From positions 26,220 to 90,219 of the forward strand of contig JAVJVZ010000076.1 in assembly GCA_040220855.1 (NCBI GenBank): a stretch of DNA of 64,000 nt, read 5' to 3'. The DNA is from Gammaproteobacteria bacterium (GTDB lineage: Bacteria > Pseudomonadota > Gammaproteobacteria > Ga0077536). Shown here piece after piece: positions 19,448 to 30,068 of this stretch (its first letter is position 1; the number at the start of each line of letters is the position of its first letter). The position numbers were made by a program, and so were the translations under genes. The notes beneath the pieces are model-generated. The model was not told the origin of the DNA. It ran no database searches and worked only from the letters and a program-made list of their open reading frames with translations.

Positions 19448-19691
19448 ATCGCCGCGGTTGCGCCGCCGTGGTGCAAAAGCGCGCGGCGCGGCGGCGACCC
19501 GCGTGGAATTTCCTCGTCACCCTAACGGTCACGGCCCCAATTGGTGTAGATTCTTCGCGCGGCGGCCGCAGCGCACGCCGCTAAATCCATGAAATCAATG
19601 AGTTGCGCACCGGCGCATGCTGCGACGGCGGTTACACTCGCGGCGCCGCGCGACCATGAACGAACACGCAGCAGATGAGAGGCGTTCATTT

Positions 19692-21002
19692 ATGAGCAAA
19701 CCCGCAGACAGCGCGTCGACCGGCGCCGCCAGGCTGGACATCGCCACCCAGGCGACCGAGTATCCCGTGCGTTCCGGCACCGTCGGCCCGAGTGTGATCG
19801 ACATCTCGAAGCTCTACGCGCAGACCGGCCATTTCACCTACGACCCGGGCTTCACGTCGACCGCGAGCTGCGAGTCGAAGATCACCTACATCGATGGCGA
19901 CCAGGGCGTGCTGCTCTATCGTGGCTATCCCATCGATCAGCTCGCCGAGCAGAGCAACTTCGTCGAGGTCGCCTACCTGCTGCTGAACGGCGAGCTGCCG
20001 AATCGCTCCGCGTACGACGAGTTCGAGCACGCCATCACGCACCACACGATGGTGCACGAACAGCTCCATGATTTCTTTTCCGGTTTCCGCCGTGACGCGC
20101 ACCCGATGGCGATCATGTGCGGCGTGGTCGGCGCCTTGTCCGCCTTCTACCACGACTCCACCGACATCAACGATCCCTACCAGCGCCTGGTCGCCAGCCG
20201 GCGCCTGATCGCGAAGATGCCGACCATCGCCGCGATGGCGTTCAAGTACTCGATTGGCCAGCCCTTCGTGTATCCCTCCAACGAGCTCGACTACACCGCG
20301 AACTTCCTCAAGATGTGCTTCGCGGTGCCTGCCGCCGAGTACACGGTGAGCCCGACGCTCGCGCGCGCGATGGAACGCATCTTCATCCTGCATGCGGATC
20401 ACGAGCAGAACGCTTCGACCTCGACCGTACGCCTGGCGAGTTCCTCCGGCGCCAACCCGTTCGCCTGCATCGCTGCCGGCATCGCGTGCCTGTGGGGCCC
20501 GGCGCACGGTGGCGCCAACGAGGCGGCGCTCAACATGCTGGCCGAGATCGGCAGCGTCGAGCGGATTCCCGAGTACGTCGCCAAGGCCAAGGACAAGAAC
20601 GATCCGTTCCGCCTCATGGGCTTCGGTCACCGCGTGTACAAGAACTACGACCCGCGCGCCAAGGTCATGCAGCAGACCTGCCACGAAGTGCTCTCCGAGC
20701 TCGGCATCAAGGACGATCCGCTGCTGGAAGTGGCGATGGAGCTCGAGAAGATCGCACTCTCCGACGAGTACTTCATCGAGAAGAAGCTCTATCCCAACAT
20801 CGATTTCTATTCCGGCATCACGCTGAAGGCGATGGGCTTCCCCACCACCATGTTCACGGCGCTCTTCGCGCTCGCACGCACGGTCGGCTGGGTCGCGCAG
20901 TGGAACGAGATGATCGAGGATCCGAGCCAGCGCATCGGACGTCCGCGCCAGCTCTACACCGGTTACACGCAGCGCGACTACGTGCCGCTGGTGAAGCGCT
21001 GA
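19692..21002 (+). CDS. gltA: citrate synthase (type II, GltA)
   Basis: Collinear with E. coli GltA from the N-terminus (…VIDI…[23 protein letters not shown]…) through [14 protein letters not shown] to the C-terminus. GAGAGG RBS. Confidence 0.9.
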   Translation: MSKPADSASTGAARLDIATQATEYPVRSGTVGPSVIDISKLYAQTGHFTYDPGFTSTASCESKITYIDGDQGVLLYRGYPIDQLAEQSNFVEVAYLLLNGELPNRSAYDEFEHAITHHTMVHEQLHDFFSGFRRDAHPMAIMCGVVGALSAFYHDSTDINDPYQRLVASRRLIAKMPTIAAMAFKYSIGQPFVYPSNELDYTANFLKMCFAVPAAEYTVSPTLARAMERIFILHADHEQNASTSTVRLASSSGANPFACIAAGIACLWGPAHGGANEAALNMLAEIGSVERIPEYVAKAKDKNDPFRLMGFGHRVYKNYDPRAKVMQQTCHEVLSELGIKDDPLLEVAMELEKIALSDEYFIEKKLYPNIDFYSGITLKAMGFPTTMFTALFALARTVGWVAQWNEMIEDPSQRIGRPRQLYTGYTQRDYVPLVKR

Positions 21003-21022
21003 GCGGGGGCGACGTCGCGCGC

Positions 21023-21502
21023 ATGAGCGATTTCGCCACGGCGCGCGACGCGCGCTGGTTCGAGGACTACGTGCCGGGCGCGGTGCACGAATTCGGCCGC
21101 TACGTGGTGGGCGAGGACGAATTGCTCGACTTCGCCCGCCGCTACGATCCCCAGCCTTTCCATATCGACGAGGAGGCTGCCGCGCAGACCCAGTACGGCG
21201 GCCTCATCACCAGTGGCTGGCATACCTGCGCGATGATGATGCGCATGCTGGTCGATCACTACATTTCGAGCGTGGCGAGCCTCGGTTCGCCTGGCGTCGA
21301 CGAGGTGCGCTGGCTGCGCCCGGTGCGTCCAGGCGATGTCCTGCGCGTTCGCGTGAGCGTGCTGGACGCGCGCGTCTCGCGCTCCAAGCCCGATCGCGGG
21401 CTCGTGCATTCCGCCATCGAGGTGCTCGATCACGACGATAACGTCGTCATGACGATGAAGACCCTCGGATTCTTCCTGCGCAGGGAGACTGCGACGCCCT
21501 GA
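21023..21502 (+). CDS. MaoC-like (R)-specific enoyl-CoA hydratase / hotdog-fold dehydratase
   Basis: 159 aa single hotdog fold (…ITSGWHTCAMMMRMLVD…). 20 nt downstream of gltA. Confidence 0.75.
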   Translation: MSDFATARDARWFEDYVPGAVHEFGRYVVGEDELLDFARRYDPQPFHIDEEAAAQTQYGGLITSGWHTCAMMMRMLVDHYISSVASLGSPGVDEVRWLRPVRPGDVLRVRVSVLDARVSRSKPDRGLVHSAIEVLDHDDNVVMTMKTLGFFLRRETATP

Positions 21503-21596
21503 GCCGGGCTGCAGCGTGACGGCTTCCTGTCGCACGGCGCTTTCGCCGTCTACACTGTACAAGACGTTCCACTGCGCTCCCGCAAGGAGGCCGTCC

Positions 21597-22115
21597 ATGG
21601 ACCGTCGTCTCTATTTTGTGCTTCCCGATCTCGCTACAGCCCAGGCAGTCGAACGCGACCTGTTACTGGCCCGGGTCGAAGAACGGCGGATGCACTTCGT
21701 TGCCCGGCGCGGCACCGACCTCGCCGACCTGCCGGAAGCGACGCTCGGGCAGAAGTCCGACATCCGCCACGGTGTCTTCGTCGGCCTCGTCAGCGGCCTG
21801 CTGGTCGGTGGGGCGATCGGACTCTTGCTCTACCTGCGTCCCGAACTGGTCGGCATTGCCGTGCACCCGGGCCTCATCGTCGTGCTGGCCGCGTTCGGTG
21901 CCGTGTTCGGCATCGCCACCTCGGGTTTCCTGATCGGCTCGAGCACGCCGAACGTGCATCTGAAGGCGTTCGAGCGCGATTTCGCGCGCGGTCGCATCGT
22001 GCTGATGCTGGACCTGCCGCGCGAGCGGGTCGACGAGGTGCGCGAGCTCATTCACGCGCATTTCCCCGCTGCCGAGGACCATGGCATCGACGCGACGATG
22101 CCGGCCTTCCCCTGA
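21597..22115 (+). CDS. hypothetical membrane protein (two TM helices)
   Basis: CAAGGAGG RBS 7 nt before ATG. Central GLVSGLLVGGAIGLLLYL and IVVLAAFGAVFGIATSGFLIG helices. Confidence 0.5.
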   Translation: MDRRLYFVLPDLATAQAVERDLLLARVEERRMHFVARRGTDLADLPEATLGQKSDIRHGVFVGLVSGLLVGGAIGLLLYLRPELVGIAVHPGLIVVLAAFGAVFGIATSGFLIGSSTPNVHLKAFERDFARGRIVLMLDLPRERVDEVRELIHAHFPAAEDHGIDATMPAFP

Positions 22116-22121
22116 GCGGAG

Positions 22122-23171
22122 TCAGCGTGCGGGGCGGCCGTGCGCGCCGCCGACGCCGTGAATGCCGTGGCGCTCGAGCAAAGCCGACAGGGTGCGGTAG
22201 AGCTGGGCGAGGCGCGCGACGAAGTCGGCCGAGAAGCCCGCCGCGAGATCGGCCTGGCGCAGCGCGCCGAACTGGTGATCGAAAAAGATGGCGTCGCGGA
22301 AGCGGTGACAGAACACCGCCGGCGCGAGCGCGTTGACGTCGCCGCGCGAAGCCGCCACCTGAGCCAGGCGCGGCTCGAGGTCGAGCCACTCGCCGCGTAG
22401 TTGAGCGGCGATGTTCTCGACTGCCTCGGTGACGAGCAGGGTGGCGCGCAGGTCGATCGACTCGAGCAGCGACAAGCCGCCGCTGCTCGCGCCGCCGCCC
22501 GCGCCGCTCTCGTCGGCGCTGAGCGCGCTCGCCACGCTCGGCAGCGCCTCCGCGATGATCGCCTCGTGCAGGCGCGGGCGGGCGGCGGCGAGTTCGGCCT
22601 CGAAGGTGGCGAAGCGACGGTCCTCTGCATCGGATTGTGCCGCTGCGCGACGCCCGGCGAGGTGGGCGGCGAGTCCGTCGAGGTAGGCCTCGCCGACCGC
22701 CGGCAGCTGCTGGCGGATGCTCGCCAGGCACAGCGCCGCGATGGCGTCGGCGGTCATCTCCGGCGCGGCTGCGGCCGCTTTCGCAGACGGCGCCGCCGCA
22801 GGTGCCGCGGGGCTGCGTGCGAGGCTCGTCAGCGCGCTGCGGCTGTCCGCATCGAGTGCGACGAGACCGACCTCGATGCCGCGCGGGCCGCGCGCGCGCA
22901 GCCGTCCGAGCAGGCTCGTGCGGCGTGTGTTCTCGCCGTTGCCCGCCTTGAAGATGATCACCACCCCGGCGCCCTGCGTGGCCCAGCGCTCGTCGACCGC
23001 GCCGGACGGGCCGTCGAAAGCGAGCAGCAGTACGTCATCGCGCCATTCGCGCATGATCATCGGCATCACCGAGGGCGCCAGGCCGGCAACCAGGGCACGT
23101 GCGCGCAGCACCTGGCGGGCAGCGCTACCGGCATCACGGGACGGGTTCCTGGGCTTCGCTTCCTGCGTCAT
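22122..23171 (-). CDS. hypothetical protein (Ala-rich, 349 aa)
   Basis: Long ORF, divergent from the FAH gene. No family confidently recognised. Confidence 0.4.
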   Translation of the reverse strand: MTQEAKPRNPSRDAGSAARQVLRARALVAGLAPSVMPMIMREWRDDVLLLAFDGPSGAVDERWATQGAGVVIIFKAGNGENTRRTSLLGRLRARGPRGIEVGLVALDADSRSALTSLARSPAAPAAAPSAKAAAAAPEMTADAIAALCLASIRQQLPAVGEAYLDGLAAHLAGRRAAAQSDAEDRRFATFEAELAAARPRLHEAIIAEALPSVASALSADESGAGGGASSGGLSLLESIDLRATLLVTEAVENIAAQLRGEWLDLEPRLAQVAASRGDVNALAPAVFCHRFRDAIFFDHQFGALRQADLAAGFSADFVARLAQLYRTLSALLERHGIHGVGGAHGRPAR

Positions 23172-23339
23172 GATCGCTCACCGGGACCGGACCCGCGCAT
23201 GTTACGCCGCGCGGCGGCGGCCTGGCACCCTCCTCGTGCACGCGAAACGCGCCCGTCCGGCGTGGCCGGATACCGTCGGCGCTTGCAAAGCACGGCCGGA
23301 TCGGGTGTTCTGCGCGCGCCTGCCCCGAGGAAGCCGCGC

Positions 23340-24212
23340 ATGAAGATCGCCCGTTATGCCTATCGTGGTGCGACATTGGTCGGACGTGTCGACGTCGCCG
23401 CCCGCCAGGTCATTCCGCTCGACGTCGATCACGGCGCCACCGACGTCGTCATCGCTCTCGCCGAGCGTCTCGTCGCCGGTAGTACCGTGAACGACGCCGG
23501 TGCGGCCGTCGCCGTCGATGCGGTCACCTGGCTCGCTCCGATCATCAGGCCACGCAAGAACATCCTGTGCATCGGCAAGAACTATCGCGAACATGCGCTC
23601 GAGTTTGCGCGGAGCGGTTTCGACGCTGCCGCGGGTGGCGGTGATGCCGTGCCGAGCGCACCCATCGTCTTCACCAAGGCGCCCTGCACGGTGATCGGTG
23701 CGAGCGCCGACATCACGGTACCCTGGAACTTGACGCAGCAGGTCGATTACGAGGGCGAACTCGGCGTCGTCGTCGGCCGACCCGGGCGCGCCATCGACCC
23801 CGCCAACGCATGGGACCACGTGTTCGCCTACACCATCATCAACGATGTCACCGCGCGTGACCTGCAGGCGCGTCACCGGCAGTGGCATCTCGGCAAGTCT
23901 ATCGACACCTTCTGCCCGATGGGCCCTTGGCTGACCACCGCCGACGAGGTCGACCCGCTGGAGCTCGTGCTCGAAACGCACGTCAATGGCGAGCTTCGCC
24001 AGCAGGCCAGCACGCGCGACCTGATCTTCGACATTCCTACGCTGATCGCGACACTGTCGGCGAGCATGACGCTGGAGACCGGTGACGTCATCGCGACCGG
24101 CACGCCGGCCGGCGTCGGCGCCGGTTTCGATCCGCCGCGTTTTCTCGTCCCGGGCGATCGCGTCGAGGTCAGCATCAGCGGCCTGGGTCGCCTCGATAAC
24201 GGCGTGGTATGA
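23340..24212 (+). CDS. fumarylacetoacetate hydrolase (FAH) family protein
   Basis: 290 aa; FAH-fold signatures (NYREHA, DYEGELGVVVG, GDVIATGTPAGVG). GAGGAAG RBS. Confidence 0.85.
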   Translation: MKIARYAYRGATLVGRVDVAARQVIPLDVDHGATDVVIALAERLVAGSTVNDAGAAVAVDAVTWLAPIIRPRKNILCIGKNYREHALEFARSGFDAAAGGGDAVPSAPIVFTKAPCTVIGASADITVPWNLTQQVDYEGELGVVVGRPGRAIDPANAWDHVFAYTIINDVTARDLQARHRQWHLGKSIDTFCPMGPWLTTADEVDPLELVLETHVNGELRQQASTRDLIFDIPTLIATLSASMTLETGDVIATGTPAGVGAGFDPPRFLVPGDRVEVSISGLGRLDNGVV

Positions 24213-24331
24213 ATCGGCCGCGGTGTGCGCGCGGGCATGACGCAGCGCTGCACGACGTGCGAAGATCGCCACGCCGCCAGCGTCCACGGGCGCCGGCGAA
24301 GTTCCGTCAGTTTCGCAGGAGTATCCTTATC

Positions 24332-24904
24332 GTGAGCACGCATCGCGTCGTCGTTCTCCGTTTCCTGGTCTTGCTGTGCGCCTTGCATGCACTCGCCGGC
24401 TGCGCGCCGCTGACCGCCACGGGCGCCGCCATCTCCGGCGATCGCCGCACCACTGGAACGGTCATCGACGACGAGCAGATCGAGAGCAAGGCGAACAAGT
24501 TCTTTGCCGCCGATGCCGAGCTCGCGCAGTCGTGCCACATCAACGTGACGAGCTACAACCAGCAGGTGCTGCTGACCGGCGAGTGTCCGACCGAGCAGCT
24601 CCGCGCGAAGGCCGCCGATTACACCGGCCGAGTCGCCAAGGTGCGCCACATCTTCAACGAGATCGCGCTCGACGCGCCGAGCCCCCTGGGCTCGCGCACG
24701 AACGACGGCCTCATCACCACCCGCGTGCGCGCCAAGCTGCTGACCATTGCAGACCTTCCCGAATCGAACATCAAGGTCGTTACCGAGGCCGGGGTGGTCT
24801 ACTTGATGGGTTTGGTCGACGCACAGTCCGGTAACGTCGCTGCCGAGGCGGCCAGTACGATCGGGGGCGTCGCCAAGGTGGTCAAGCTGTTCGAGCATCC
24901 CTGA
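24332..24904 (+). CDS. BON-domain outer-membrane lipoprotein (DolP/YraP/OsmY-like)
   Basis: GTG start 9 nt after AGGAG. Lipobox LAGC. Two BON repeats (…VTSYNQQVLLTGEC…, …VVTEAGVVYLMGLV…). Confidence 0.7.
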   Translation: MSTHRVVVLRFLVLLCALHALAGCAPLTATGAAISGDRRTTGTVIDDEQIESKANKFFAADAELAQSCHINVTSYNQQVLLTGECPTEQLRAKAADYTGRVAKVRHIFNEIALDAPSPLGSRTNDGLITTRVRAKLLTIADLPESNIKVVTEAGVVYLMGLVDAQSGNVAAEAASTIGGVAKVVKLFEHP

Positions 24905-24921
24905 GGCCGGCTGCACTGCGG

Positions 24922-26115
24922 GTGCCGCACGAGACCGCTCGCATGCTGCGTGAAGAAATCGAGGCGCTCGAGCAGAACGGCATCACGCGCGTTGCCATGA
25001 GCCGCCTCGGTGATCCGGCGGTGATTCCCCTGTGGTTTGGCGAGGGCGACGCGGTCACGCCGGAATACATCCGCACCGCAGCCAAGCAGGCACTCGACGA
25101 CGGCTATACGTTCTACGGTCACATGCGCGGGCGCGCCGAACTGCGCGCTGCCATCAAGTTCTATCTCGATCGCCTCTACGGCATCGACCTCGATCCAGAC
25201 CGCCTCACCGTGCCGGGCTCGACCATGCTCGCGGTGACCATGGCGGTGCAGATGACGCAGACCAGCGGCATGCACGGCCTCATCGTGTCGCCTCACTGGC
25301 CGAACGTCGATCGCGCCTGGCAGGTCAGCGGGGCGCGTTTCGACACCGTGCGGCAACGGCCGACCGATGCCGGCTGGCGACTCGACCTCGATGACGTACG
25401 CGCAGCGCTCAGGCCCGACACGCGTGCCTTGTTCGTCAACAGCCCGTGCAACCCTACCGGCTGGGTCATGCGTGCCGACGAGCAGCGCGAACTGCTCGCA
25501 CTGGCGCGCGAGCACGGTTTCGTCATCATCGCCGACGAGGTCTATCACCGCACCGTGTTCGACGCCGAGGCCGCGCCGTCATTTCTCCAGATTGCAGCCG
25601 ACGACGATCCGTTGATCGTGGTCAACGGTTTTTCCAAGGCCTGGGCGATGACCGGCTGGCGTCTCGGCTGGATGGTGACGCCGCCGCGTTTCGCGACGCA
25701 GATGGCAGTGCTCTCGGAATGCTTCAACACCAGTGCACCGTCATTCGTGCAGCGGGCCGGCATTGCCGCACTGGAAGCGGGCGAAGCGACCATCGCCGAA
25801 CTGCGCGCCCAGTACCGCGCCGGCCGCGAATGCGTGCTGGCGCATCTCGGTGATCACCCGCTGGTCGACCTGCCGTACCCCGAAGGTGCGTTCTACGCGT
25901 TTCCGCGTGTGCGCGGGCTGCACTCGAGCCTCGCTTTCGTCGAAGGCGTACTCGCCGAGGAGAACGTCGGTCTTGCACCCGGCTATACCTTCGGCCCGGG
26001 CAACGAGGCGCACTTTCGCCTGTGTTACGCACAGTCGGTGGCGCGACTCGATACCGCCCTCGCGCGCATCGTGCGCTACCTCGAGCGTCACGCCGATGAA
26101 TTCGCCGCGAGTTGA
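24922..26115 (+). CDS. pyridoxal-phosphate-dependent aminotransferase (class I/II)
   Basis: 397 aa; NSPCNPTG and SKAW (PLP-Lys) motifs. Start could also be ATG 24943. Confidence 0.85.
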   Translation: MPHETARMLREEIEALEQNGITRVAMSRLGDPAVIPLWFGEGDAVTPEYIRTAAKQALDDGYTFYGHMRGRAELRAAIKFYLDRLYGIDLDPDRLTVPGSTMLAVTMAVQMTQTSGMHGLIVSPHWPNVDRAWQVSGARFDTVRQRPTDAGWRLDLDDVRAALRPDTRALFVNSPCNPTGWVMRADEQRELLALAREHGFVIIADEVYHRTVFDAEAAPSFLQIAADDDPLIVVNGFSKAWAMTGWRLGWMVTPPRFATQMAVLSECFNTSAPSFVQRAGIAALEAGEATIAELRAQYRAGRECVLAHLGDHPLVDLPYPEGAFYAFPRVRGLHSSLAFVEGVLAEENVGLAPGYTFGPGNEAHFRLCYAQSVARLDTALARIVRYLERHADEFAAS

Positions 26116-26263
26116 TGACGGCGGGAAGACCGACCGGCGGCGCCGCGGAAAACGCCCTGAATGGGCGATGAAAAACTCCCGCGTGGCGGTTGCCGCTTCC
26201 GTGCACCGCGGCGCAGCGCGAGAATGCCGGGAGACCGCACCGACCTTATTCACACGCGCCTGT

Positions 26264-26296
26264 GCGGCCGGCGAGCGCTTGCCGGCCGCAATTTTC
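26264..26296 (+). terminator. intrinsic terminator after the aminotransferase gene
   Basis: gcggccgg-(10 nt loop)-ccggccgc hairpin followed by aattttc. Confidence 0.55.
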
Positions 26297-26314
26297 TATC
26301 GCCCCGCGAGCATG

Positions 26315-27262
26315 CTAGAAGCTGATACGCCCGATGACGTCGAGGATATGCTCGCGGTCCTCGGCGAATTGCGGTGAGATCATGATTTCCTCGCCGATGC
26401 GCGCCGGGTCCTCGTCGACTGCCCAACCCTGCGGTTTGCTCACCGTCGCCTCGAACAGCGCCCCACCGGGCGTGCGCACGTAGACGGAATCGAAGTAGCC
26501 GCGATCCTTGACGTCGGAGACGTCGGTATAGCCGAGCCCCTCGACGTAGGCCTTGTACTCGCGTTGGAGTTCGAGGTCGGCGATGTCGAACGCACAGTGG
26601 TGCACGGTGCCTTCTGCGAAGGTCCAGGTGCCCTGGTGGCGATCGGGTTCAGCGGTGACGTCGATCAACGTACCGCTGCCGCCGCGGCCCATGGCGAAAC
26701 GCACGGTGGCGCCGTCGTCTTCGACGCGCCGGCAGCTCCACGCCTCGAGTACGAAATCGTCCATCACGTCGCGATCGCGCACGGCGACCTCGATACCGTG
26801 CATGCCATGGATGGCGGTCTCGCGCGGCACCCCGCCCTGGTCCCAGCCACGGCGGGGGTCGTCGGCAACCTCGACCAGCGCATACGGGATACCGCAGGGA
26901 TGCGCGAAAGCGAGGCGACGCTCACCCAGGCATTCGTATTCGCGATTGTCGATGCCCTGCGCCGCCAGGCGCTCGCGCCACCAGGTCAGCGAGCCGCTCG
27001 GCACGGCGAGCAGCAGGGTGGCGATCTGGTTGGCGCCGCGACGTCCCAGGCGACCGGTGTGGCGCATCGGGAAGGTGGTGACGATCGAACTCGGGGCGCC
27101 GTCGGCGTTGGCGTAGTAGAAATGGTAGATGGGCACCTTGCCGTCGTAGAGCAGTGTCTTCTTCACGCTGCGCAGACCGAGTGTCCGCGTGTGGAAGTCG
27201 TAATCCTCCTGTGCGTCGCCCGTGCACAGGGTGATGTGATGCAGGCAATTCAGCTCGTTCAT
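26315..27262 (-). CDS. two-domain VOC (glyoxalase/extradiol-dioxygenase fold) protein
   Basis: 315 aa with duplicated VOC modules (HHITLC… / …HHCAFD…). GGAGGAGG RBS. Confidence 0.7.
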   Translation of the reverse strand: MNELNCLHHITLCTGDAQEDYDFHTRTLGLRSVKKTLLYDGKVPIYHFYYANADGAPSSIVTTFPMRHTGRLGRRGANQIATLLLAVPSGSLTWWRERLAAQGIDNREYECLGERRLAFAHPCGIPYALVEVADDPRRGWDQGGVPRETAIHGMHGIEVAVRDRDVMDDFVLEAWSCRRVEDDGATVRFAMGRGGSGTLIDVTAEPDRHQGTWTFAEGTVHHCAFDIADLELQREYKAYVEGLGYTDVSDVKDRGYFDSVYVRTPGGALFEATVSKPQGWAVDEDPARIGEEIMISPQFAEDREHILDVIGRISF

Positions 27263-27352
27263 GGGACCTCCTCCGACCGGCACGGCACCGCGGCAGACTC
27301 GGCGCGGCGGGCGGTCCGCGCCATGGTAACCCTTCGCGCGCGGCGCGGCGCG

Positions 27353-28507
27353 TCAGGGGCGCGGCGACCACCCGCTGTCGATGGCGCGCGCGATGACGAG
27401 GTGCTGGATGTCGTTGGTGCCCTCGTAGATGCTCAGCACGCGGGCGTCGCGGTAGAGCTTCTCGACCGGGCAGTCGCGCAGGTAACCCTGCCCACCATGA
27501 ACCTGCAACGCCGCCGAGGTGACTGCCTCGGCCATCGCGCTGGCCTCGGCCTTGGCCATCGAGGCCTCCACCGCGGCGTCGGCACCGGCGTCGACGCGCG
27601 CCGCCGCGGCCAGGGTGAGGGCGCGCGCGGCGGCGAGCCGGCTGGCCATGCGGGCCAGGCGGAAACCGACCGCCTGGTGGCGCACGATCGGCTGGCCGAA
27701 GGTGGTGCGCTCGCGCGCATAGGCGATGGCGTGCTCGAGCGCGGCGCGCGCGACGCCGAGCGCCTGTGCGGCCACGCCGATGCGGCCGCCATTGAGATAG
27801 GAGAGGGCGATGCGCAAGCCTGCGCCGGGCGCGCCGAGGAGGTGTTCGTTGCCGACTTCGACGCCGTCCAGCGCGACCTCGCAGGTGTCGCAGTTGCGGT
27901 GACCGAGCTTGTCCTCGACGCGCAGCACGCGGTAGCCGGGCGTGTCCGTGGGAACCAGGAAGGCCGAGATGCCACGCTTGCCGGCGGCCGGGTCGCTCAC
28001 GGCGACGACCAGCGCGAGCTGCGCGCTGCGACCCGCGGTCACGAAGCGCTTGACGCCATCGAGGCGCCAGCCGCCGCTCGTGCGAACGGCGCGCGTGCGC
28101 ACAGCGGCGGCATCGGAGCCGGCCGCGGCTTCGGTCAGCATGAAGCAGCCGCGCAGGCGGCCGGCCGCGAGCGGGGCGAGCCAGTTTGTGTGCTGCGCCG
28201 GTGTCCCGTGCTCGACGAGCGCCGCGCACACCGGCGAATTGCTGACGTTGACGAGATTGGTCAGCCCGCAGTCGCCGGCGGCGAGTTCCTCGGTGACGCG
28301 TGCATAGGACGTCATGTCGAGGCCGCTGCCGCCGAGCGCGCGGGGTGTCAGCAGGCCGAAGTAACCCAGCGCAGCGAGACGCTCGAGCAGCGCCGTGGGT
28401 ACGCCCGTTCCGGTGGTTTCCCAGGTGCCGGCATGCGGCGCTATCTCGCGCGCGACGAAATCGCGCGTGGCGTCGATGAGCTGGCGCTGTTCGGTACTCG
28501 GAAGCAT
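27353..28507 (-). CDS. acyl-CoA dehydrogenase
   Basis: 384 aa; ACAD N-terminal, middle and C-terminal domains (…YEGTNDIQ… catalytic-base region near the C-terminus). Confidence 0.85.
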   Translation of the reverse strand: MLPSTEQRQLIDATRDFVAREIAPHAGTWETTGTGVPTALLERLAALGYFGLLTPRALGGSGLDMTSYARVTEELAAGDCGLTNLVNVSNSPVCAALVEHGTPAQHTNWLAPLAAGRLRGCFMLTEAAAGSDAAAVRTRAVRTSGGWRLDGVKRFVTAGRSAQLALVVAVSDPAAGKRGISAFLVPTDTPGYRVLRVEDKLGHRNCDTCEVALDGVEVGNEHLLGAPGAGLRIALSYLNGGRIGVAAQALGVARAALEHAIAYARERTTFGQPIVRHQAVGFRLARMASRLAAARALTLAAAARVDAGADAAVEASMAKAEASAMAEAVTSAALQVHGGQGYLRDCPVEKLYRDARVLSIYEGTNDIQHLVIARAIDSGWSPRP

Positions 28508-28596
28508 GCTGACGACCCCGAAAGGACGGCTGCACCGTGCTGGTGAACGAATCCCGGCGCAGCGGCCACGGAGCGCCGCCGCCGCGCGGCACCGGT

Positions 28597-29067
28597 TCAG
28601 CGCACGATGGTCACCGGGCAGGGGGCGTGGTTGACGACCGCGTTGCTCACGCTGCCGAGCAGGACGCGCTTGAGACCCGAGCGGCCGTGCGAGCCGATCA
28701 CGACGAGGTCGACCTGCTCGTCTTCCGCGAAGCGGCAGACCTCCTCGGCGGCGTGGCCCCAACGCTGGACCAGGGTCGGCGGCGCGGCCAGCTCGCCGAG
28801 AGCGGCGGCGGTTTCCGGCAGCTCCTTCTCGGCGGCGCGCGACTCGATCAGCTGGCGGATCTCGTCGACCGACATCGCGCCCCACGGTGACGCGGCGGGA
28901 TACTCGCCCGCTCCCCAGGCGTGGGGCATGATGAGTTCCTCGCTCTGCACCATGAGCACGCTGACGCGGGCGCCGAGCCCGCGAGCGAGCTCGCCGGCCA
29001 CGCCGGCCGCCTTGCGCGAACCTTCGGAGCCGTCGGTGGCGACGAGCACGTGCTTGATTCGGGTCAT
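28597..29067 (-). CDS. universal stress protein (UspA family)
   Basis: 156 aa; …VVIGSHGRSGLKRVLLGSVSNAVVNHAPCPVTIV ATP-binding C-terminus. GAGAGGA RBS. Confidence 0.8.
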   Translation of the reverse strand: MTRIKHVLVATDGSEGSRKAAGVAGELARGLGARVSVLMVQSEELIMPHAWGAGEYPAASPWGAMSVDEIRQLIESRAAEKELPETAAALGELAAPPTLVQRWGHAAEEVCRFAEDEQVDLVVIGSHGRSGLKRVLLGSVSNAVVNHAPCPVTIVR

Positions 29068-29165
29068 CGTTGTTCCTCTCGTGCGATGGGAGCAGGCGCC
29101 GTGTGTGCGCCTGCGTGGAGTATCGATTGTACGACCGGGGCGCGTCGCGGCGGTTCCGGCCCGGA

Positions 29166-30065
29166 TCAGCTCGAGGTGCGATCGAGGGGCAGCGCGGCGA
29201 GCGCAGCGGCGAACTGCATGTCGAGTGGTTGCTCCAGGGTGTCGGCGGACAGGGCGTCGAGCACTTCGCCGAGACGTCGTTCGAGCAGCAGTTGCAGGCG
29301 GTAGCGCGCGCGCGCGGCGAGCCGTCCGGCGCGGTCCGCGTGCTCGTCGAGCCAAGCCTGGTGGGCGTCGATGGCTGCCGAGAGCGCGCTGATGGAGTCG
29401 CCATCGTGGATCGAAGTCAGCACCACCGGGGCCTGCCAGCCGTCATGGGCGGCGCGCAGCGCCTGTACGCGACGGATTTCGGCGGCGAGCTGGGCGGCAC
29501 CGGCGAGCTCGCTCTTGTTGACGACGTAGATGTCGGCAAGCTCCATGGTGCCGGCCTTCATCGCCTGCACCGTATCGCCAGCGCCCGGCATCAGCACCAG
29601 GGCAAGGGTGTCGACCTGGCTGCGGACCGCGTGTTCGGCCTGGCCGACGCCGACCGTCTCGAGCAGCAGTTCCTCGAAGCCGGCCGCGGCCAGCGCTTCG
29701 AGCAGTTCGGGGAGATTGTCGGCGAGGCCGTCACTGTGTGCGCGCGAGGCGATCGAGCGCAGGTAGAGATTCTCGGCACCGGCGAGTTCGTCGAGGCGGA
29801 TGCGGTCGCCGAGGATGGCGCCGCCGGTGAGCGGGCTCGACGGGTCGACCGCCAGCATGCCGATGCGGTGGTGCGCCGCGCGCAGCAGCGCGAGGCGTCC
29901 GGCGAGACTGCTCTTGCCGACGCCGGGGGCGCCGGTGAGACCGATGCGCGGAACCGTCGCCGGCGTCGCCGGCGCCAATGCCAGCACGTCGGCGACGCTC
30001 GCATCGGCGAGCTGGCCGAGACGCCGGGCCAACGCGCGGCGGTCGAGCGTCGCATCGCCGGCCAT
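29166..30065 (-). CDS. meaB: methylmalonyl-CoA-mutase-associated G3E GTPase (MeaB/ArgK)
   Basis: P-loop GAPGVGKSS, then switch and NKxD (VVNKSEL) motifs. Confidence 0.85.
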   Translation of the reverse strand: MAGDATLDRRALARRLGQLADASVADVLALAPATPATVPRIGLTGAPGVGKSSLAGRLALLRAAHHRIGMLAVDPSSPLTGGAILGDRIRLDELAGAENLYLRSIASRAHSDGLADNLPELLEALAAAGFEELLLETVGVGQAEHAVRSQVDTLALVLMPGAGDTVQAMKAGTMELADIYVVNKSELAGAAQLAAEIRRVQALRAAHDGWQAPVVLTSIHDGDSISALSAAIDAHQAWLDEHADRAGRLAARARYRLQLLLERRLGEVLDALSADTLEQPLDMQFAAALAALPLDRTSS

Positions 30066-30068
30066 GAC

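Noticed and set aside
20117-21502. 461-aa ORF reading through gltA in an alternative frame into the MaoC gene
   Set aside because: Only the 3' 159 codons (from ATG 21023) form a hotdog-fold protein. The 5' portion is an out-of-frame shadow of gltA.
26564-28546. 660-aa plus-strand ORF antisense to the VOC and ACAD genes
   Set aside because: Antisense GC artefact. The minus-strand genes have clear family signatures.
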